This document shows, in pieces, positions 57,915-64,000 of a stretch of DNA of 64,000 nt; within the stretch, counting starts at the first letter, position 1; each line of letters begins with the position of its first letter. The translations under genes and the position numbers were made by a program. The notes under the pieces are model-generated. The model searched no databases, had not been told where the DNA came from, and saw only the letters and a list, made by a program, of their open reading frames with translations. Location: the sequence record PP856017.1; one strand, written 5' to 3'.

Positions 57915-58577
57915 TTACATGTTCTCGTTCAACACCGAAGTCGGATCTTTCTTCTTCGCTGCGTAATGTGCTTCGAGCACATCCCAGGTTGTGAAGATGT
58001 CGCCTTGCTCGATCACATCCAGAGGACGTTCGTCGTCCACCGGAACATTCAGATCGTGATAGGCAACCCATGCGTTGTCGTCTTTACCAAAACGATCGAA
58101 GTTATTCTTGATGCCATGACGATCTTCCGTCCAGATGACACTGTCGATAACGCGCATGAAGTCCGGATCATCGAACCCACGACGACCAGGGTTGGGATTG
58201 CGATAGCTGTCCGAATAACCATCGATGCACTGGATTTCTTCCAGAATGCGTGACATGATGTTGGCCATCAAGTAACGCTGCATCGTCGGCTTGGCGCGCT
58301 GGATTTCCTCGATCGACCGAAGCGGTCGAATGATATCCTTACGCATCGGATCGCCAGAATCGCGAACACGGGCACGGATGCGCCGAAGCGCACGTTCACC
58401 GTTGAATCGTTCGAACACTTCGCGCGAATCCTCAAAGAACCCATTGAAGAGTTCTGTGATTCTCGGCGCATAACGCTCAACCCGTTCTCTCAGATAACCG
58501 AGAGTTCCCTGATGGGGTTCTCCAAACAATTCGGCGTCGATATCTGCTTCGCTGATATAACCGCCTCTGATTCCCAT
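57915..58577 (-). CDS. conserved core protein (220 aa)
   Basis: Coupled (TAATG) to the nvRNAP beta-prime gene. Confidence 0.7.
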   Translation of the reverse strand: MGIRGGYISEADIDAELFGEPHQGTLGYLRERVERYAPRITELFNGFFEDSREVFERFNGERALRRIRARVRDSGDPMRKDIIRPLRSIEEIQRAKPTMQRYLMANIMSRILEEIQCIDGYSDSYRNPNPGRRGFDDPDFMRVIDSVIWTEDRHGIKNNFDRFGKDDNAWVAYHDLNVPVDDERPLDVIEQGDIFTTWDVLEAHYAAKKKDPTSVLNENM

Positions 58578-60208
58578 TAGTGTAACGTCCTTATGTTAAA
58601 CATTTTGTGCATCCGGTCCAGTCTGACTGGATCGGGACGGCGCGCTTCTGCGGTGTAGTTGTACAGGTGATTCACCACCGACGAGACGATCGGTTTAGGC
58701 AACGGCATGTTGTCGCCGATCTTGCGCGGGCCGGACAATTTCCACGCACCGAAGTGCGGAGCCAGATAACGGAGTTCGTCCGTCGTCCAGTTGTCCATAG
58801 TCAGGAAGCCGAACATCTGATCGCCATCGAAGTCCGCGTTCGGGCCAGCAACCGAGATAATCGGATAGCTGATCGACATGATCTTCGGATTGGTCTTGAT
58901 CTTCGTAATGAACATCCGCTGAATCGAAGTACGATACATGGATGGATTACGACCGAAGATGCAGGGAATGCCACGCTTCGGAGGATACTTACGGGCGTCA
59001 TATGCGCCTTCGCCCAGATCTTTACCAACCAGCTTGCCGTCCTGGATCGATGCTTCGATCGTCGGCGACAATTCATACGGCGATTCATCCAGAAGCTCGT
59101 CGAAGAGTTCTTCAAGCAACGGATGATGGACATGCGTGTGCGCATTCAGGAAGTACGCGGCGTCGTTGTGACCGAAGCCACGGCGATACAGTTTACCCAT
59201 CAGGTGCAGACGGAACGTCGTGACGGCCAATGCCCACGGCAGATGAATCTCATCGTGATGATGCGGTTCCGTGAGCGAGTTAATCACTGCGCGGAAACTG
59301 AACCAGCACCGAGTTGCATAAACGTGTTTTCGTACCAGACCAGGTTTGCCGGCGATGAAGTTCTTTTCGTAGTCACGCCCGAACTCGGACAATGCCTCGG
59401 AAAGCTTGGACGCACGATTTTCCTTTTGGGAGATCGAGAAGTCCTTGATCTCGCTGTCGATGCCGGAGATGTTCCGGACCGCATCGATGATCGTTTTCAG
59501 CGTCGTATCCATGTAAGTACCGAACTTGGTGTTTTCAATCACCAGGATGGTCTTGTTGTGAATCGGTACGTGCTGCGAGAAGATGCGATCGCGATACATT
59601 GCGATGAAGATCTGCATCTCCTTGAGTTTCTCTTTCTTGTCCCTCGTCGAACTGAATTGTGGAAACTCACAAAGCTGACCGATAATCCAGTCAAAGTTGT
59701 GATAGAAGAAGTTCAGGCCGCGCACGATCTTGCGATTTTCGAGCTCGTCCATCCAACGACCATGATGCTGGCGATTCGGACGATAATCCGTATTCGTCAG
59801 ATACTTGATGATGTTGAACTTCTGGTTGCTGTTGTTCGAGAGACTGAAGAAGTCCGAGAGCAGCCGCCATGCCTGAGGGTTAATCAGTGCATCGACGCCT
59901 CTCGGCGCTTCAACCCAGATGATGGGCTCAAGCGGTTTATCCAGCATCGGCTGGACCATCGTTTTACATTTCCGACAGATGGTCCCCTTACCTTTTCTGT
60001 CGATGTGATGCTGCCCGATGGTGTGTCCGCATGAACACTTCGGAATAGTGTCCAGCAGATCGGTATCGTTATACGTCACGAAGAAGTTCTCATCGAACGC
60101 CGACTTCTCCGTTTCCAGCGTATCGAGAACCTTGTTGACGATGATCGGGTCTGATGTTATCTGCGAGAATAACTCGTCATAGTTCTGCATTTCCAAATGT
60201 GTGCCCAT
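58577..60208 (-). CDS. non-virion RNA polymerase beta-prime N-terminal catalytic subunit (gp55-like), uninterrupted
   Basis: CSCG...CRKC zinc finger, GRNPS, catalytic NADFDGD. Confidence 0.93.
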   Translation of the reverse strand: MGTHLEMQNYDELFSQITSDPIIVNKVLDTLETEKSAFDENFFVTYNDTDLLDTIPKCSCGHTIGQHHIDRKGKGTICRKCKTMVQPMLDKPLEPIIWVEAPRGVDALINPQAWRLLSDFFSLSNNSNQKFNIIKYLTNTDYRPNRQHHGRWMDELENRKIVRGLNFFYHNFDWIIGQLCEFPQFSSTRDKKEKLKEMQIFIAMYRDRIFSQHVPIHNKTILVIENTKFGTYMDTTLKTIIDAVRNISGIDSEIKDFSISQKENRASKLSEALSEFGRDYEKNFIAGKPGLVRKHVYATRCWFSFRAVINSLTEPHHHDEIHLPWALAVTTFRLHLMGKLYRRGFGHNDAAYFLNAHTHVHHPLLEELFDELLDESPYELSPTIEASIQDGKLVGKDLGEGAYDARKYPPKRGIPCIFGRNPSMYRTSIQRMFITKIKTNPKIMSISYPIISVAGPNADFDGDQMFGFLTMDNWTTDELRYLAPHFGAWKLSGPRKIGDNMPLPKPIVSSVVNHLYNYTAEARRPDPVRLDRMHKMFNIRTLH

Positions 60209-60261
60209 CCAACCTCCTTCTAAGCACGATTGTAAAAGTGTTACTGCGGCAACTCATACCT

Positions 60262-60270
60262 ATGATATAT
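60262..60270 (-). promoter_or_regulatory. early-type motif ATATATCAT
   Basis: 54 nt upstream of the catalytic subunit start. Confidence 0.5.
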
Positions 60271-60368
60271 CTCTGTGCTTTTTTACATATAGATGTTTGT
60301 GTATTAAAAAACATAGAGATACACCAAAAGAAAAATCCTCAAATTGCGTGGACTTTTCTATCGACTAC

Positions 60369-60563
60369 TCAGCATCGAGTAGCCTCGCGCTCATGTTCCT
60401 TATTCAGGATACTGAGTGCGGCCGCGACTTCCCTGATCGGAATCTTCGGAAAAGATCTGATGATCAGTTCTTCGATAGCTTGTGTGCTTTTGCCTTTGTT
60501 CCTTTCTGCGATGTACATCGTTCGCATATCACCAAAGGCTGCCACACTGGGATTGGTGTTCAT
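60369..60563 (-). CDS. small helical protein (64 aa)
   Basis: AGGGA RBS; lies between the chmA terminator and the gp55-like promoter. Confidence 0.55.
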   Translation of the reverse strand: MNTNPSVAAFGDMRTMYIAERNKGKSTQAIEELIIRSFPKIPIREVAAALSILNKEHEREATRC

Positions 60564-60582
60564 GTTGTTTCCCTGGTTGACA

Positions 60583-60624
60583 GCAAAAAAGAAAATAGAG
60601 AGATCCCCGAAGGGATCTCTCTAT
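60583..60624 (-). terminator. 13-bp cUUCGg terminator of chmA
   Basis: atagagagatccc-cgaa-gggatctctctat with A-run. Confidence 0.8.
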
Positions 60625-60657
60625 CATTGAAGTACTACTGGCTTAACGCCCGACTGC

Positions 60658-62601
60658 TTACCAGCGGTTGTCGTTGCGATCGCTACGATCGTAGTAACGA
60701 TCGTCGTAACGGTCACGCGACTGACGCTGATTGCGGTACAGACCACCGCTACCCGGACGCGACAGGATCGAGTCGATGTTGCCGTACGTGGTACGATAAC
60801 GATCGCTGCCGTCGCGGCTGGACGACGTCGGATTGAGCGACAGCTTGCAGCGGTTGATCGCTTCGATGAGCGCTTCGTCGAAGCGGATGTCGAAGTTGTA
60901 ACGCTGGTGGAAGCCCGTGATCACGGCGGTCGGCACGAAGTCACGGATGATTTCGTAGCGTTCCGACTGCGACAGGGTGCTGTCTTCGTTCGTCGCTGCG
61001 GCCATGCCCCACTTCTGGATGAGCATGAGGTCGTCTTCCTTTTCCGGACGCAGCATGTTCAGCAGCGCCAGATAGTCGAAGTCGCGCAGGTCGAGGCGCA
61101 TGCCGCGATCGCCTTCCGTGTAGTAACCGGCATGGATACGCTCGACGTGGCTGTCGACGATCGGATCCGTACGGTCGTACAGGTCTTCGAAGTGGCCGTC
61201 GGTCAGCACGCAGGCCGCATCGTAAATGCGATCCATCGCACGCTGGTTGCCTTGAGCCGCGGCCATCAGGTCCACATGTTGCCACGTGGCTGCGCCGCAT
61301 TCCGGCACGTCGATCGAGTGGATCACGCCGGGACGCACGGTCGTGCGCAGGAGAGCTTGACGCTTCGCAGCGGTGAAGCTCGCGTTCTTCGTTTCCAGAC
61401 GCTCGCCGAAGCCGCGCTCCATGTCCTGGAGATTCGGTTCGATGGCCAGCGCGCCGATGTTGCGCATGTCGTCTTCACCGACCGAGAGGTTCGGTTCGAA
61501 CGCACGCATGACTTCGGCCGATTCACCGACCGCATGAGCCGTGGCGTGAGCCAGCAGCATCGTCGTCGGCGAGAAGTCGACGGTGTCGGTGAACGTGTTG
61601 ATGAAGCGCAGTGCATACAGCTGGCACTCTTCGTTGCGACGATCGCTACGGCGAGCGTAGAGGTCGTTGCGCGAGGACGCGCCGTCGGCCGGAGCGTACA
61701 CGAAGTCGAAGTAGCCGCCGACACGCGAGATGCGGGTGCCGGTGACCAGCTGGTCGATCGGATCGCGGCTGTTACGGCCACGGTTTTCGCGGGACACGAG
61801 GTCGATGATCACGTCGGCACGAACCGGCAGATGGCCACGATCGTAGATGTGGTTCTGGCGATGCTGGATGTGGACGGCGTTGTAGCTGTCGTCGTCTGCC
61901 GACAGACGCAGTTGCGGCGCGTCTTGATCGTTGCGATCGATTGCCGTCTTGATGGCGGCGAACGAGTTTTTCACGCAGTCGGCGATCGCTTGCGGATCGT
62001 CCTTCGCGTTCGGGAAGCCGTTGTAGATCACTTCGGCATCGGCGGTGAACAGGTTCTTGCCCGGATAGGCATTCGCCAGCACTTCCTTGACCACGTCGCG
62101 AACCTTCGAGTCGTAGCCGTCGCCCGGAACTTGAACGATGGTCACGCGGCTGCCGCGGAAGCTTTCTTCACGCGGACGCAGGTCTTCGGCCGAACCTGCG
62201 AGCAGGAACGTATGATAGCCGACGCCCAGGCTTTCGCGACCCTTCTTGGTACCCGCCACGACGATGCACGAGAACGGGATGCCTGCCACCGATGCGTCGA
62301 TCGGGAACACCTGGCAGTTCAGCATGTTGCTGTCGTCCTTCGCCGGCATTGCTTCGACGAAATCACGACGGAACAGTTCGAGCGCTTCGGCCGTACCCGA
62401 CATTGCGATCGGGGTCGGGTTCATGCGACCGATGTTCGACAGCGACGCATAACGCGCACCGCCGCTGGACGAACGGCTTTCGTCGCGACGCGACGTGCGT
62501 TCTTCTTGTTGTTGCGATTCGCGGCGTTCGCCACCTTGCTCTTGCGCACGGCGCATTGCGTCACGAACTTGGGACGGCTGGTCTTTACCTTCGATGCTCA
62601 T
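60658..62601 (-). CDS. chmA: chimallin, major phage nuclear shell protein
   Basis: 647 aa, upstream of the nvRNAP beta-prime gene as in all chimalliviruses; disordered termini; highly expressed codon bias; exact early promoter. Confidence 0.85.
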   Translation of the reverse strand: MSIEGKDQPSQVRDAMRRAQEQGGERRESQQQEERTSRRDESRSSSGGARYASLSNIGRMNPTPIAMSGTAEALELFRRDFVEAMPAKDDSNMLNCQVFPIDASVAGIPFSCIVVAGTKKGRESLGVGYHTFLLAGSAEDLRPREESFRGSRVTIVQVPGDGYDSKVRDVVKEVLANAYPGKNLFTADAEVIYNGFPNAKDDPQAIADCVKNSFAAIKTAIDRNDQDAPQLRLSADDDSYNAVHIQHRQNHIYDRGHLPVRADVIIDLVSRENRGRNSRDPIDQLVTGTRISRVGGYFDFVYAPADGASSRNDLYARRSDRRNEECQLYALRFINTFTDTVDFSPTTMLLAHATAHAVGESAEVMRAFEPNLSVGEDDMRNIGALAIEPNLQDMERGFGERLETKNASFTAAKRQALLRTTVRPGVIHSIDVPECGAATWQHVDLMAAAQGNQRAMDRIYDAACVLTDGHFEDLYDRTDPIVDSHVERIHAGYYTEGDRGMRLDLRDFDYLALLNMLRPEKEDDLMLIQKWGMAAATNEDSTLSQSERYEIIRDFVPTAVITGFHQRYNFDIRFDEALIEAINRCKLSLNPTSSSRDGSDRYRTTYGNIDSILSRPGSGGLYRNQRQSRDRYDDRYYDRSDRNDNRW

Positions 62602-62703
62602 TTTCTGCTTTCCTGTTTTGGAAGAAATAAAAAGTAGGTGCGGGTACCAGAATTAGTCACGCACGATAAAGAATTGATCGCATTACTAACGCAGATCAAC
62701 TTT

Positions 62704-62712
62704 GTAATATAT
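62704..62712 (-). promoter_or_regulatory. early promoter ATATATTAC for chmA
   Basis: Exact TATATTAC about 100 nt upstream of the chmA ATG. Confidence 0.65.
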
Positions 62713-62900
62713 CAATGAAATTTGTTTAAATCGCACTGATATACCTACCACGCGAACATAGCTGCTAAGACATGCAGATGGTTTCATCTGCACAGTATAG
62801 GGGAAAAACAATAAGTTTTTATTTCCCTGTACTTTATCCCGACGCATGTTCATGCTATGACTACGATTGCTAGAAAATTACCTTTCACGGATGTGTTCGA

Positions 62901-63980
62901 ATGCTCAGCATCTTCAATGACCTGAATCCCCGAGAGAAGGGTGTCATCAAGTTTCCCGAGTGGACATATATCCGTGACGGCCTGATGATGAACCTGGAAT
63001 CAACAAACAAGTACTACCGCAGTGGTGCCTATGCGGTAAGTTCCGACCACGAACTCATCAAGCTGTTGTTTGGTCTGACCACCAGTACCGAACTCGATCT
63101 TGACACCTATTACAAACGTGTTGACGCAAAAGCGTTAACGGTTGCCCAACAGCTTGGCTATACGACTTCTATTAGTAAGGGACGCATGTTCAGTAATGTG
63201 TTCTTTGGTGGTAAGAGTCGCGAGGTCATCATTGTACACAACGAAGACTTCGATCCTGTTACAGTAACGGAGTACTGGCGAGATGCTCAGCCGATACGGA
63301 TCCTGCGGCACGGCTTCGACTTCATTGACTGCTTTCCCACTCACGGGGAATTGGACAGTAATGGAATCAGCGTCTTCGCAATCAACCTCTCGATGCTTGG
63401 CGTTCAGTACCGGGCATTCCGTCAGTGGCAGGCAAAGATCGCAACAGAAGAGACTGGTCGTGCATCGATCTACCACTTCTGTTTCTCTTACCCACTGAAC
63501 AACATGATTTACGATGCGATGGATCACGCGGTGTTTAACCGTCTGGTTCGTTTGAATCAGAATCTTCCCACGAGCGATAACCAGTATCATCATCCGTTCC
63601 ACGTGACGAACTTCACAATGCGTTGTGACCGGATCCTCATGAAGGTACTGGAAGTTCTGAAAAGCAATCCGCTTGACCTGTTCAACATGTTGATGTCTAT
63701 TCCCATGGTGAATCAGGGTAGTGCAGAATCTCTCATGAAGCTTCCCGACATCTACGAGTCGCGCAATGTCAACTGGGCTATTTACATGGCTCGGATCGAT
63801 ATGCTGCTATTCGTTCTGAGTTTCGAGGAGAATCTACGCAAGATGAATCAGAGCGAACTGAGCAAGATCAAATACAGCCTGAAGTTGTACCTGAAAGATG
63901 GTACGATTCATTCGGCTATTCCTGCTGATCTGTTCGCCAAACAAAAAGCTGTCATCGAACGGCTGGTTGAAAAGATGTGA
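62901..63980 (+). CDS. conserved protein divergent from chmA (gp52/53-like, putative virion protein)
   Basis: 359 aa, complete ORF; synteny. Confidence 0.65.
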   Translation: MLSIFNDLNPREKGVIKFPEWTYIRDGLMMNLESTNKYYRSGAYAVSSDHELIKLLFGLTTSTELDLDTYYKRVDAKALTVAQQLGYTTSISKGRMFSNVFFGGKSREVIIVHNEDFDPVTVTEYWRDAQPIRILRHGFDFIDCFPTHGELDSNGISVFAINLSMLGVQYRAFRQWQAKIATEETGRASIYHFCFSYPLNNMIYDAMDHAVFNRLVRLNQNLPTSDNQYHHPFHVTNFTMRCDRILMKVLEVLKSNPLDLFNMLMSIPMVNQGSAESLMKLPDIYESRNVNWAIYMARIDMLLFVLSFEENLRKMNQSELSKIKYSLKLYLKDGTIHSAIPADLFAKQKAVIERLVEKM

Positions 63981-64000
63981 ACATATACCACTCTGGCGCA

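Noticed and set aside
60907-62637. 576-aa plus-strand ORF, and similar long antisense ORFs at 8342-9748, 6969-8294, 51712-53211 and 58607-60034
   Set aside because: Antisense shadows of highly biased real genes; no RBS or domain motifs
1-64000. tRNA, tmRNA, rRNA or CRISPR arrays
   Set aside because: No cloverleaf with TTCGA T-arm and CCA, and no repeat-spacer array, noticed on manual reading; tRNAscan-SE/ARAGORN would confirm

Overview
This window is a segment of a phiKZ-like, nucleus-forming jumbo phage genome (Chimalliviridae), with most genes on the minus strand. GC-rich codon use in the most highly expressed genes suggests a GC-rich host, possibly a betaproteobacterium (inference). Reading in from the right end: (1) the core nucleus/transcription block, with chimallin (ChmA), the non-virion RNAP beta-prime subunit carrying NADFDGD, an SbcD/Mre11 nuclease, ChmC, the gp68-like specificity subunit, the PicA import factor, a gp70-like protein with an Arg/Asp tail, a free-standing GIY-YIG endonuclease, the nvRNAP beta and beta-prime C-terminal subunits and an SF2 helicase; (2) an accessory region (about 32.5-41.2 kb) with an acyl carrier protein, a DUF3307 protein and several non-coding intervals that fold into complex RNA structures; (3) a virion RNAP subunit, thymidylate kinase, a SPRY protein and the split family-B DNA polymerase subunit, here fused to a DUF4326 domain; (4) the head/inner-body and virion structural gene cluster. 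The most striking unexplained signals are an approximately 370-nt multi-domain, pseudoknotted RNA at 34430-34800, a second T-loop-containing RNA of about 160 nt at 36680-36838, and a recurring hairpin+TATG(T/C/A)C terminator family. phiKZ gp numbers below come from synteny and remembered motifs, not from alignments. I saw no tRNA, rRNA or CRISPR array.
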